Source: Thermoplasmatales archaeon
GTDB taxonomy: Archaea; Thermoplasmatota; E2; DHVEG-1
Length of the DNA: 64,000 nt
NCBI GenBank assembly: GCA_020343515.1
Contig: CP070798.1
Coordinates: 5,692-69,691, forward strand
Direction: 5' to 3'
Positions 17,280 to 26,802 of the stretch are shown here, in pieces. Position 1 is the stretch's first letter. Each line of letters starts with the position of its first letter. Made by a program: the position numbers and the translations under genes. Below the pieces are notes generated by a model, which searched no databases, was not told where the DNA came from, and saw only the letters and a program-made list of their open reading frames with translations.

Positions 17280-18530
17280 ATGTTAAACTTAATCGGAGTG
17301 ATCATTGCATTTATCACAATGATCATTCTAATCAGAAAAAAGTTCAACTTTGGCCTTTCAATAATTATTGGTGCAATAATTATCGGATTCTTCTCATTAC
17401 AAACAATTGATCTTATTGACATACCTAAAGCAATTATTGAAGCAAGTATTTATTCATTTGAAACCCAACAAATTTATACTGAAACATTAGAACTTGCAAT
17501 TTTAATGACCTTGATATTTGCTCTTGCAAAAAGCATGCAGGAAACCGGAGCTATCACAAAATTAATCGATAGTTTACGAACTTTTTTTTCAAAAGGGGGT
17601 ACTCTGGGAGTTATTCCTGCTGTTTATGGATTAATGCCTGTTCCTGGTGGTGCATTATTTTCCGTACCTTTGATTGATAAAGAGGGCGACAAATTTGGAT
17701 TAAATAAAAATCAAAAGAACTACCTTAATGTCTGGTTTAGACATATATGGTTTCCAATTTATCCAATTTCAGCAGCAATGATTCTATTATGTAGTGAAAA
17801 ATTTGCAAATATCAATATTTATAATCTTGTTGTATTAAATATTCCAGCATTCATTTTAATGATAATAATAGGAATGATTGTGTTAAAAAAAGTAATAAAA
17901 AAAGCTCCATCGACGACTAAACAAAAAAAGAATTTTCAAGGACTTGTTTATCTAATTCCGCCTTTGGTACCTATTTTAGTTTATGCATTATTACAATTCT
18001 TTGACATACCACGAACTCGTTCATTTATCATTGGTGTTTTCTTAGGATTACTTTTATTGTATTTAATGGTAAAATTAACTTCAAAGGAATATACTAAAAT
18101 TCTCAAAAAATCGTTGACATGGAAATTTGCCCTAGCAATATTTGGTATTATAATATTTAGACAAATGATAGAAGTCTCTGGAGCAACTGCAATAATTGTA
18201 GAGGGAATAAATTCGATTGCAATTCCTTCGATTCTATTAATAATTTTAATTCCATTGTTTTTAGGTACAGTAACTGGATATAATTTAGGTGCAATTGCAC
18301 TATCATATCCAATTATTGCATCGTTACAAGGTGATCTTGGAGCTGTAAGTTTTGCAAGTATAATATTTATGAGTTCATTAGCTGGATATCTTATCTCTCC
18401 AATACATCTATGTAATGTGGTAAGTAGCGAATATCTAAAGACAGACACAACAAGAATGTACAGATTTTATATTCCTTCTATTATTATGTTATTATTAATC
18501 CATAGTATAATTGTAATTGTTATGATCTAG
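17280..18530 (+). CDS. polytopic membrane permease of uncertain family (possibly DUF401 / ion-transporter superfamily)
   Basis: The 416-aa protein has 10 or more hydrophobic segments. I recognised no catalytic motif, and the family assignment is tentative. Confidence 0.55.
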   Translation: MLNLIGVIIAFITMIILIRKKFNFGLSIIIGAIIIGFFSLQTIDLIDIPKAIIEASIYSFETQQIYTETLELAILMTLIFALAKSMQETGAITKLIDSLRTFFSKGGTLGVIPAVYGLMPVPGGALFSVPLIDKEGDKFGLNKNQKNYLNVWFRHIWFPIYPISAAMILLCSEKFANINIYNLVVLNIPAFILMIIIGMIVLKKVIKKAPSTTKQKKNFQGLVYLIPPLVPILVYALLQFFDIPRTRSFIIGVFLGLLLLYLMVKLTSKEYTKILKKSLTWKFALAIFGIIIFRQMIEVSGATAIIVEGINSIAIPSILLIILIPLFLGTVTGYNLGAIALSYPIIASLQGDLGAVSFASIIFMSSLAGYLISPIHLCNVVSSEYLKTDTTRMYRFYIPSIIMLLLIHSIIVIVMI

Positions 18531-18563
18531 AGATAAAATTTTTATAAGCAAATCTTTTCCCTG

Positions 18564-19583
18564 ATGCCAATGGAACAATCAAAAATGATCAGCGATCTAA
18601 TGCATCCTTCAGCTTATCCTGAGACACCTAAGAAGGTCATATTAGCTCAGACGCATATTTCCACCGTTTTCATTGGGGACAAATTCGTCTACAAGATTAA
18701 AAAGTCAGTCAATTTTGGATTTTTGGATTTCTCAACCCTAAAAAAGAGAAACTTTTATTGCAACAAAGAGGTTGAACTTAACAGTCGTTTTTCCAATGAT
18801 GTATACCTAGGTGTTTACCCTGTTACTTTTGATGGTTCAAAACATACAATAAACGGGAAAGGTGAGGTTGTTGACTACGCAGTTAAGATGAGACGGTTGG
18901 AAGATGAAGACCTCATGAAAACAAGATTTAGAAAAGGAACTGTTACTTCTGAGGATATTAAGAGAATTGGGGAAGCCATTGCTGCTTTTCACAAGATATC
19001 TGTGCAATCAGAAAAAATCAATGAATACGGCAACATCAAATCTATCAAGCTAAATACCGACGAGAACTTTCAACAGACAGCAGAATTTGTAGACGATTCT
19101 GTTTCAAAGGAACAATACTATGATTTAAAAAATTGGACTGAAGATTTTTATAAAAAACATCAAGAACTATTTATGCAGAGGATTAAAATTGGTAAAATTA
19201 GGGATTGTCACGGAGACCTTCATATGGAGCATATATGCTTAACTGATCCAATTATCATTTTTGACTGCATTGAATTCAATGATAGGTTTAGATATATAGA
19301 TACCCTCTCTGACATCTCGTTTCTGCTTATGGATCTTGAGTTTAACGACGGAAAAAAGTTGTCTGAACAGCTCAGCAAAGTCTATCTTTCTCATGCAGGT
19401 GAAGAAGATACCGACCTCATCCGTCATCTTATCAATTTCTACAAGGTATATAGAGCTTATGTTAGAGGAAAGGTTACAAGTTTCATATTGAAAGATACTG
19501 CTGTATTCGATGATAAAAAAATCAAAGCAAGAGATATTGCTCAACGATACTTTACATTGGCACATTCTTACATTTTAGATTAA
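18564..19583 (+). CDS. aminoglycoside-phosphotransferase-like (protein-kinase-fold) protein
   Basis: CHGDLHMEHI resembles the HGDLHxxN catalytic loop and a downstream D-x-x-F motif is present. In some bacteria this domain is fused to the P-loop kinase domain encoded by the next gene. Confidence 0.65.
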   Translation: MPMEQSKMISDLMHPSAYPETPKKVILAQTHISTVFIGDKFVYKIKKSVNFGFLDFSTLKKRNFYCNKEVELNSRFSNDVYLGVYPVTFDGSKHTINGKGEVVDYAVKMRRLEDEDLMKTRFRKGTVTSEDIKRIGEAIAAFHKISVQSEKINEYGNIKSIKLNTDENFQQTAEFVDDSVSKEQYYDLKNWTEDFYKKHQELFMQRIKIGKIRDCHGDLHMEHICLTDPIIIFDCIEFNDRFRYIDTLSDISFLLMDLEFNDGKKLSEQLSKVYLSHAGEEDTDLIRHLINFYKVYRAYVRGKVTSFILKDTAVFDDKKIKARDIAQRYFTLAHSYILD

Positions 19584-19673
19584 AAGTTGGAGATAACTAG
19601 AAGATTAATGATATAAACATATTATGATATTTGGATGACATGATTTAAATGACTCTTATAAGGATGTGAAGAT

Positions 19674-20276
19674 ATGAAAGAACCTTTTGCAAATTTCATA
19701 GAAACTGAGCTTAAAATTGGAACCCTTCTTATTGCATGTGGTCTTCCGGGTACTTGGAAGACTGAGATAACAGCGGAGGTGTCGAAGATAAAAGGATTTC
19801 CTATTCTTAGAACGGATTTAATTCGACGTGAGGTACTCAAAGGTATGGATATTTTTGATGAGAAGATAGCAAATAATTATGAGATAAGAAAACGTGTATA
19901 TAATGAGATGTTCAAACGGGCAGAAGGGACTTTGCAAAAAGATAACGGTGTGATTTTGGATGCAACTTTTGTAACCCAGGAGCTCCGGAGGAGAGCTGCT
20001 GGAATTGCTGCAGCACAGAACAAGATCCTCGTGATTCTACAGACAAATTGTTCTAAAGATGCAAGTATAAATCGGATATTGAAAAGAACCAAAGAGAACT
20101 ATGAATCAAATGCTCTTACAGAACAGGCTTATCTCAACAACTTGAAAAAATTCGAACATGTGGATTTAGACGATTTAAAAGAACTCTATCCTAAGCTCCC
20201 AATTATACATCTAACAGTAGATACCGAATTAGATCAACCTGAAGATTGGTACATCATTGGGGTGGAAAAAAGATAG
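19674..20276 (+). CDS. P-loop kinase-like (AAA_33/COG0645-like) protein with a non-canonical Walker A
   Basis: GLPGTWKTE lies where GxxGxGK[ST] is expected, so a Trp replaces the conserved Gly. The size is about 200 aa. Confidence 0.6.
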   Translation: MKEPFANFIETELKIGTLLIACGLPGTWKTEITAEVSKIKGFPILRTDLIRREVLKGMDIFDEKIANNYEIRKRVYNEMFKRAEGTLQKDNGVILDATFVTQELRRRAAGIAAAQNKILVILQTNCSKDASINRILKRTKENYESNALTEQAYLNNLKKFEHVDLDDLKELYPKLPIIHLTVDTELDQPEDWYIIGVEKR

Positions 20277-20305
20277 GATTAATATAATTCATTTGAGGGT
20301 AATTA

Positions 20306-21328
20306 ATGGATATTCCTGGCTATTCTATTGATTTCGAAAAAATTGTAAAAACAATTAAAAAAGAGAAATACAAAAGAGTAGTACTACAACTCCCAGAGGG
20401 ATTAAAAACATACGCATCACAAATTGTTGAATTTTTAGAAAATAATACAAAAGCAACTATTATTGTATCAGCAGATCCTTGTTTTGGTGCATGTGACATT
20501 ACTAACTATGAACTAAAAAATTTTGATGTTGATTTAATAATTCAAATAGGTCATGTATCTATTCCTGATGTAGAAAATTTATGTATTGCAACATTATTTG
20601 TCAATGCAAAATCAGATATCAATATTTCAAACGCTGTAAAAAAAGCACTACCATTCCTTAAAGAAAAAGGTAAGAAAATTGGATTGGTTTCAACATCACA
20701 ACACGTTCACACTTTAAAAAAAGTAGAAAAAATTTTAATTGAAAATAGTTTTCAACCTTTTATAGGTGAAGGAGACAGTCGAATATCCTTAAAAGGACAG
20801 ATATTAGGATGTAATTTCTCAGCAGCATTATCTATTGCTAAACAAGTAGACTTGTTTCTATATTTAGGAAGCGGTAATTTTCATCCATTAGGTTTAATGC
20901 TCAGCACAAAAAAACCAGTCATAGCTATTGACCCCTATACAATTGAAATCAGAGAAAAAGAGCTTGAAGAGTTAAAAGATTTAATTCTTAGACAACGATA
21001 TGGTGCAATTGCTAGTTCAAAAGATGCAAAGAAATTTGGGATATTAGTCAGTATGAAACGAGGACAACAACGTATTAACTTAGCATATAAGATAAAACAA
21101 ATGTTGGATTCTAAAAATAAAAAATCTTACATTATTACAGCTGAGAATTTTTCCTATTCGATTTTGGAGGGTTTTAGAGATATCGATTGTTTTATTTCAA
21201 CAGCTTGCCCAAGAATTGCAATTGATGATTATCTGCAATATAAAAAACCAATTATTACGCCCATTGAGCTAGAAATTGTTCTTGATAAAAGAAAATGGGA
21301 AGATTATAGATTTGATCAGATTCTTTGA
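20306..21328 (+). CDS. dph2: 2-(3-amino-3-carboxypropyl)histidine synthase (diphthamide synthesis)
   Basis: The ADPCFGACD motif, the three-domain layout at about 340 aa and the C-terminal CPRIAIDD motif are typical of archaeal Dph2. Confidence 0.85.
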   Translation: MDIPGYSIDFEKIVKTIKKEKYKRVVLQLPEGLKTYASQIVEFLENNTKATIIVSADPCFGACDITNYELKNFDVDLIIQIGHVSIPDVENLCIATLFVNAKSDINISNAVKKALPFLKEKGKKIGLVSTSQHVHTLKKVEKILIENSFQPFIGEGDSRISLKGQILGCNFSAALSIAKQVDLFLYLGSGNFHPLGLMLSTKKPVIAIDPYTIEIREKELEELKDLILRQRYGAIASSKDAKKFGILVSMKRGQQRINLAYKIKQMLDSKNKKSYIITAENFSYSILEGFRDIDCFISTACPRIAIDDYLQYKKPIITPIELEIVLDKRKWEDYRFDQIL

Positions 21329-21331
21329 AAG

Positions 21332-21356
21332 GTGCATCTCTGCACATCTTTTTTTT
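21332..21356 (+). terminator. hairpin plus T8 run immediately after dph2
   Basis: GTGCA-tctc-TGCAC is followed by atcTTTTTTTT, 4 nt after the stop codon. Oligo-T tracts act as archaeal termination signals. Confidence 0.4.
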
Positions 21357-21434
21357 CTAACATGTCAAAGTATGAGTAAAAAACAATGATTAAATAAAAA
21401 GATATAAATAAAAACAAGTTTACTTTTATTATGG

Positions 21435-22016
21435 ATGGCAAAAAATTTAAATTCAGAAAAAAACAGAATAACGAGAATAGCAGGTATCTGTGGAATATTG
21501 ATTCCCATTGTTGTTTTTATGTGCATTGGGCTTGCTATGTTCCACTCACCATGGTTTAGATGGACAGAAAATGCTTTGAGTGATCTTGGAGTTGGAGACA
21601 CCTCTGCCATATTCTTCAACTCGGGTATGATACTTGGAGGAATCCTTGCTCTGGTGTTTTCACTTGGATTGATAAAAACATTGCAAAACAAAATTGGGGC
21701 ATATATCCTTAGTTTAAGCTCAATTGCTCTCATTGGAATAGGGATATTCCCAGAAACAGTTTATACACTACACTTTATCACTTCTGCAGCTTTTTTTGTG
21801 TTACTTGCGATATCTCTTCTAATAATAGGATTGTCGGTAAAACAAGACCAATCTGAACGAGCTATGGGCATACTTGCAACCATCTGCGCATTACTAGCTA
21901 TTTGTTCGACAATTCTCTTGCTACCATGGGAGGGTATCGCTATTCCTGAAACACTGTCCTGTTTCCCAGCATTTATCTGGTTTATGATGTATGGAGTAAA
22001 AATGACAGTTGTCTAG
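21435..22016 (+). CDS. DUF998-like integral membrane protein
   Basis: The 193-aa protein has about 6 TM segments and an ALSDLG motif after TM1. The family call is tentative. Confidence 0.5.
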   Translation: MAKNLNSEKNRITRIAGICGILIPIVVFMCIGLAMFHSPWFRWTENALSDLGVGDTSAIFFNSGMILGGILALVFSLGLIKTLQNKIGAYILSLSSIALIGIGIFPETVYTLHFITSAAFFVLLAISLLIIGLSVKQDQSERAMGILATICALLAICSTILLLPWEGIAIPETLSCFPAFIWFMMYGVKMTVV

Positions 22017-22110
22017 AGCTATCATTTATACTTTTTTTAAAATGTGTTGCAGGTAGCTATCAGATAAAATTAATTATTGAATCCTTCAAAAATCAGTAAC
22101 TATACAAATA

Positions 22111-22890
22111 CTAGAAAATCATATAAATGGATAATGCCCCTGCGATTATCGGTTGATGGAGCAAATAGATTGCTAAGGAATGCTGGCCAAGCCATGAAAA
22201 CATCGTGACAGGTTTGTATTTTGAAAGATCGGGGATTCTAAATCTTCTTTCATTGCCTTTGTACAACAATTTTCCAAGTACAATCCCAAACAAGCAGGCG
22301 CCGAACCACGGAAACAAGGGGAAATAATCAATGGTATATTGTGCGATATTAGCCTGATGTAACCCAACTGCGAGATGGAGAACTGTTGGATTTTCAACAG
22401 AATATTGACCGAAAAGGATACCTAGGAGTATTATCCACGTTGCAAAAAAGATATTATAATAGTTGAATTTAAGAAGAGGTATGCTCAATATTATTGAAAA
22501 ACCAATGCAATGTAGTACTCCAAATATTATTGGTCTATCAGGTAAGAATATCATTGTCCCCATTGTTAAGATCATTCCAAGGCCAAATATTTTCAATCCT
22601 CGCAACAATAGATGCTTGTTGTATCTTTTTTCATCAAATTGAGTTTGATTGATTTTCTTATTCCTACTTACTACTAAGCAGATGCCTAGTAGTACGAAAA
22701 ACATTGTGGGTACAATTTTTTGGAACTGATATATTTGGGTATTTACGGGAACCAGTCCAAAATAATCTAAATCCCATATTATATGTAGAAAAATCATAAA
22801 TATAATGGCAAAACCTCGTAGTACATCAAGTTCGATAAATCTACTGGAATAGGTTTTATATACTGATTTGGTTAATTGAGGTAGGTTCAT
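22111..22890 (-). CDS. DUF1624 / heparan-alpha-glucosaminide N-acetyltransferase-like membrane protein
   Basis: The N-terminal R..ELDVLRGFAIIFMIFLH motif and a polytopic topology are present. Confidence 0.6.
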   Translation of the reverse strand: MNLPQLTKSVYKTYSSRFIELDVLRGFAIIFMIFLHIIWDLDYFGLVPVNTQIYQFQKIVPTMFFVLLGICLVVSRNKKINQTQFDEKRYNKHLLLRGLKIFGLGMILTMGTMIFLPDRPIIFGVLHCIGFSIILSIPLLKFNYYNIFFATWIILLGILFGQYSVENPTVLHLAVGLHQANIAQYTIDYFPLFPWFGACLFGIVLGKLLYKGNERRFRIPDLSKYKPVTMFSWLGQHSLAIYLLHQPIIAGALSIYMIF

Positions 22891-23181
22891 AGTAAATTAC
22901 CTTCTCCTTCCACCTCTTCATTATATTGATATAGTATAGCACGCCAGATTTTGTCACTGAATCTATTTAAAGCTATCTTGTCAAAATGTCAAAATGAAAA
23001 AATTATATCCTAGGAGCACCATCCCTCTAGTTCAGAATCAATTCATCTCAAGAAATGATAAATTATAAGGAACATTTGGATAAATACAACTTTATCATCG
23101 GTAATTTATCTTTTACAAAATTTATTTTGATTTAGTCGATTAAAAAACCTTTTATTCACTATTGTGCTCACTATTTTTGAG

Positions 23182-23838
23182 ATGAGTATATTAAGTATAG
23201 GTTGTAAACCTCTCGACGATCTCCTTGGGGGTGGAATTGAAAGCAAGGTAATCACAAAAACGTATGGGGAGGCAGGAACGGGTAAAACAAATCTGTGTCT
23301 ACAAATTTCTAGAGAATGCGTTGTAGCAGGCAGTAAGGCAGCATATATTGATACAGAAGGTGTTTCTGTAAAAAGATTGAAGCAGATGTGCACTAAAAAT
23401 TATGATTACAAAAAAATTCTAGACAACATTCTTTTTTTTAGTCCTAGTTCTTTCGAAAATCAGGAGAAAATGATTCATGATGCAATTAAGATAAAGGATG
23501 TTAGACTTATTGTTGTTGATACAATAAACATGTTTTATCGAGTTAATTTAGAAGATGATATAGAAGGGGCGATGCGTTCATTTACAAGACAAGTGGCAAA
23601 TCTACAAATTGCTGCGAGAGAGAAGGATCTTTATGTATTTTTAACTGAACAGGTATATACTGATAAAAACGGCGATATAAAACCCTTTACAAATTGGGAC
23701 ACGGAACACATGGCAAAAACAATAATCAAGTTAGAAAAGATAGGTATCGGAAAAAGGCAGGCTACTATTATGAAACATCGATCTCAGCCGGAGGGTTTAG
23801 AGGCTTTTTTTAAAATTAGTGAGACAGGTCTAGAGTAG
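23182..23838 (+). CDS. radB: DNA repair and recombination protein RadB
   Basis: LDDLLGGGIESKVITKTYGEAGTGKTNLCLQ contains the Walker A motif and VVDT is the Walker B motif. The short length of about 218 aa is typical of RadB rather than RadA. Confidence 0.85.
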   Translation: MSILSIGCKPLDDLLGGGIESKVITKTYGEAGTGKTNLCLQISRECVVAGSKAAYIDTEGVSVKRLKQMCTKNYDYKKILDNILFFSPSSFENQEKMIHDAIKIKDVRLIVVDTINMFYRVNLEDDIEGAMRSFTRQVANLQIAAREKDLYVFLTEQVYTDKNGDIKPFTNWDTEHMAKTIIKLEKIGIGKRQATIMKHRSQPEGLEAFFKISETGLE

Positions 23839-23912
23839 GAAGTTGATTACCTGATATTACCCTCGAAACTAAAATTATTTAACATGGGTTATTATGTGAT
23901 GGTTTAGGCAAA

Positions 23913-24503
23913 ATGGAAACAAACGAAATAAGCTACAAGGGTCTAAGACGAATTCAACAACTCGAAAAAACCTCTCCATTATTTACAAAAATTGATGTGA
24001 ATTTTTATCATAAACTTCTAGAGTATTTAAAAAATCTTGAGGAAGGTATTGAGCGAGAAAAGAGTCCTGAAAATATCAAACTCTTTAATGATGAAATTCA
24101 AAATACTAAAAAAATTGCTTTTAGTATATATGAGCTGAGGGAAAAAAAGATAGTGCAGGCTGCCCTTTCAAAGGTTCGTGGTGGGAAACCAGATCTAAAA
24201 AACGTGTTAGATATAGAAAAAAAACTTTATGACTCCCTTGTGGAACAAATTATTCTCTCACGTAAAGAAATTTTGGAAAAAAAACCAGAAGAAGTTAAAA
24301 AAGATGAAACGAAACCAAAAACATTGCGAGAAAGAGAGAGAAAAACAAATAGCAATCCAATCATAAGAGTACTGGAAGACATGCCAGAATTTGTTGGAAC
24401 AGACATGAAAACATATTCACTACGAAAAGATGATGTCCTTACCTTATCAAAAGAAATGAGTGAGCCTTTGGTAAAAAGAGGCGTGGTGAAACAAATAAAA
24501 TAG
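23913..24503 (+). CDS. GINS-like DNA replication complex subunit (Gins51/Sld5-type)
   Basis: A helical N-domain with L..L..FY and an LREKKI pattern is followed by a Lys/Glu linker. A small C-terminal beta domain (VLEDMPEFVGTDMKTYSLRKDDVLTLSKEMSEPLVKRGV) is typical of archaeal GINS. This is motif-level evidence only. Confidence 0.55.
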   Translation: METNEISYKGLRRIQQLEKTSPLFTKIDVNFYHKLLEYLKNLEEGIEREKSPENIKLFNDEIQNTKKIAFSIYELREKKIVQAALSKVRGGKPDLKNVLDIEKKLYDSLVEQIILSRKEILEKKPEEVKKDETKPKTLRERERKTNSNPIIRVLEDMPEFVGTDMKTYSLRKDDVLTLSKEMSEPLVKRGVVKQIK

Positions 24504-24561
24504 CGCACCTTACATTTTTATATTACCTCCTTATTACCCATACAATCGATTTGTGATTCGT

Positions 24562-24840
24562 ATGCAAAGACCTCGAAAGATTAAGAGATACTGTTCCTCT
24601 TGCGAGAAACACACGATACATGATATTGAAAGAATAAAGAAGAGAAAAGGAAGTGAACTTAAGCAAGGTCAGAGGCGGTTTAGACGGGTAATGAAAGGAT
24701 ATGGAGGATTTCCAAGACCAAAGCCCGAAGGTAGAGAGAAAACAAGCAGGCGCGTTGCATTACGATATGCCTGTAGTGTATGTCATAAGATACACCAATC
24801 TCCAAGCATACGGTCTAAAAAGTTTGAGATAGGAGAGTAA
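24562..24840 (+). CDS. rpl44e: 50S ribosomal protein L44e
   Basis: RYCSSCEKHTIH...GQRRFRR...GYGGFPRP...CSVCHK matches the L44e zinc-ribbon pattern. Confidence 0.9.
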   Translation: MQRPRKIKRYCSSCEKHTIHDIERIKKRKGSELKQGQRRFRRVMKGYGGFPRPKPEGREKTSRRVALRYACSVCHKIHQSPSIRSKKFEIGE

Positions 24841-24843
24841 GAT

Positions 24844-25020
24844 ATGGAGAAAACTCGAAGTAAGTTCATCAGAGTAAGATGTAATGATTGTGAGAATGAA
24901 CAAGTTCTCTTTGATAGATGCAGTACGACAATATTGTGCCATATATGTGGTAGCAAATTAGCTGTCCCCTATGGCGGAAAGGCGAAAATAAAAGGAAAGA
25001 TTTTAGAAATTGTTGAATAG
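24844..25020 (+). CDS. rps27e: 30S ribosomal protein S27e (not in the ORF track)
   Basis: The manual translation is MEKTRSKFIRVRCNDCENEQVLFDRCSTTILCHICGSKLAVPYGGKAKIKGKILEIVE. It has the C-x2-C...C-x2-C S27e zinc ribbon and occupies the conserved position after L44e. Confidence 0.9.
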   Translation: MEKTRSKFIRVRCNDCENEQVLFDRCSTTILCHICGSKLAVPYGGKAKIKGKILEIVE

Positions 25021-25030
25021 GTATACTTGT

Positions 25031-25819
25031 ATGTTAAAAAAGGATTACCCTGAAGTGGGAGAATTCGTCGTTGGAACAGTTATCAAAGTGCATGGTTTTG
25101 GTTCGTTTGTTTCGCTTGATGAATATCCCAAAAGAGAGGGTTTTATCCATATTTCTGAAATAGCAACTGGTTGGGTAAAACATATCCGCAATTATGTCCG
25201 AGAAAAACAAAAAATTGTATGCAAGGTATTGCGTGTGGATCCTACAAAGAACCACATTGATCTTTCATTAAAAAGGGTAAATGAACATCAAAGAAGAGAT
25301 AAAATACAGGAATGGAAAAACCGCCGAAGGGCAGATAAACTGTTTGAAATGGTTGCAGAAAACGTTGGGAGAACAGTAGAACAATGTTATAGAGAGTTTG
25401 GCAACAATTTGATTAAAAATTATGGCTCTCTTTATGACGCATTTGAAGAATGTGCATATGATTGTAACACGTTAAAAAATGATGGATTTGATGGTGATTG
25501 GCTAAAAGATTTTAAGGCAATAGCAGAAGACAATATTTCAATTCCATTTGTTGAAATCAAAGGTATAATGATGATAAAATCATGGGATTCAGAAGGTATT
25601 AAACATATCCGTGATGCATTGTTGCTAGCTGAACGAAGCGAGTACGAAGATGTAGAAATACAAATAAAATATGTTGGTGCACCCCGTTATCTAATAACAG
25701 TCAGGGCTCCTGATTATAAGATTGCTGAAGGCCAAATGAAAAAGGCTTTACAGAAGGTAACAGAACATATTATTAACCATAAAGGTGAATGTGAATTCAA
25801 GCGTGAACTAGAAGATTGA
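25031..25819 (+). CDS. eif2a: translation initiation factor 2 subunit alpha
   Basis: The S1 domain reads PEVGEFVVGTV...GFIHISEIATGWVKHIRNYV...IDLSLKRV. The length of about 262 aa fits. Confidence 0.9.
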   Translation: MLKKDYPEVGEFVVGTVIKVHGFGSFVSLDEYPKREGFIHISEIATGWVKHIRNYVREKQKIVCKVLRVDPTKNHIDLSLKRVNEHQRRDKIQEWKNRRRADKLFEMVAENVGRTVEQCYREFGNNLIKNYGSLYDAFEECAYDCNTLKNDGFDGDWLKDFKAIAEDNISIPFVEIKGIMMIKSWDSEGIKHIRDALLLAERSEYEDVEIQIKYVGAPRYLITVRAPDYKIAEGQMKKALQKVTEHIINHKGECEFKRELED

Positions 25820-25983
25820 TGTCAGAAATATTATACTGTAGAAAATGTAAAAGCTATACGCTTGATGAAATGTGCAACAAGTGTAAGGAGAAAACTGTGG
25901 TGAAGAAACCTGCAAGATTTTCACCACAAGATAGGTACGGAGAATATAGAAGAAAACTAAAAAAACTAGAAAAGAAAGGATAA
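25819..25983 (+). CDS. nop10: H/ACA RNP protein Nop10 (not in the ORF track)
   Basis: The manual translation is MSEILYCRKCKSYTLDEMCNKCKEKTVVKKPARFSPQDRYGEYRRKLKKLEKKG. The start overlaps the aIF2alpha stop (TGATG). Confidence 0.9.
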   Translation: MSEILYCRKCKSYTLDEMCNKCKEKTVVKKPARFSPQDRYGEYRRKLKKLEKKG

Positions 25984-25985
25984 AA

Positions 25986-26750
25986 ATGGAAAACGTAACT
26001 GTTAAATATGTAGATAAAAAACCGAGGCTAAAAAATCCTATCTTTATAGAAGGATTACCTGGCATTGGAAATGTAGGAAAGCTGGCTGTTGAACATTTGA
26101 TAGAGGTTACAAGGGCAACAAAATTTGCAGAATTATATAGCAAAGATTTTCCACCACAGGTTTTTATAAATCCAGATGGGACAGTTAAACTAGTCAACAA
26201 CGAGTTCTACTATCGGAAAGCAAGGAAAAAGAATCAAAGAGATCTTGTTCTTTTAACAGGAGATTATCAAGGGTTATCCTCCCAAGGTCAATATGATCTT
26301 GTGGAATCAATATTGGACGTCATAGAAGATTTGGGCGTCAAGGAAATGCTTACGCTTGGCGGATATGGTCTTGGACATGAAATAAGAGAACCAAAGGTTT
26401 TATTTGCAACCACTGACAAGCATCTTGTTAAAACGGTTAAAAAATATGGAGCAGTTTTCAAAAAAAACGAACCTGGTGGAGGTATCATAGGTGCCAGTGG
26501 TCTACTGCTAGGTCTTGGAAAAAATAGAGGCTTTGAGGGAGTATGTTTCATGGGGGAAACACCAGGCTATCTGGTAGACCCGAAAAGTGCAAAGGCAGTT
26601 CTTAAGATTGTAACGAAGATAACGAATATCGACATCGATTTCTCTCGGTTAGAACTAAAAGCAAAGGAGATAGAACAAATCGCGAGACAGCTAAGCGAAA
26701 TGGAGATGATGACAAAAGAGAAAACCGATGAACTAAGGTATATAGGTTAA
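25986..26750 (+). CDS. PAC2-family proteasome assembly chaperone-like protein
   Basis: The GLPGIGNVGKLAVEHLI motif is present. The gene occupies the conserved position after nop10 in the archaeal L44e-S27e-aIF2a-Nop10 operon. Confidence 0.75.
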   Translation: MENVTVKYVDKKPRLKNPIFIEGLPGIGNVGKLAVEHLIEVTRATKFAELYSKDFPPQVFINPDGTVKLVNNEFYYRKARKKNQRDLVLLTGDYQGLSSQGQYDLVESILDVIEDLGVKEMLTLGGYGLGHEIREPKVLFATTDKHLVKTVKKYGAVFKKNEPGGGIIGASGLLLGLGKNRGFEGVCFMGETPGYLVDPKSAKAVLKIVTKITNIDIDFSRLELKAKEIEQIARQLSEMEMMTKEKTDELRYIG

Positions 26751-26802
26751 ATTCATTTTTTCTTTATTTTTGAAGTTAGAAGTAAAGTAATGGTAATTTT
26801 CT

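Noticed and set aside
17981-18448. Long antisense ORFs nested inside well-supported genes. Examples are 17981-18448, 19239-19565, 21365-21733, 25808-26200, 44868-45359, 45381-45722, 34431-34709 and 49922-50149.
   Set aside because: Each lies wholly inside a gene with strong motif support on the other strand. None has a recognisable motif or ribosome-binding site. Their low-complexity, Ser/Ile/Phe-rich translations are typical of the antisense frame of AT-rich coding DNA.
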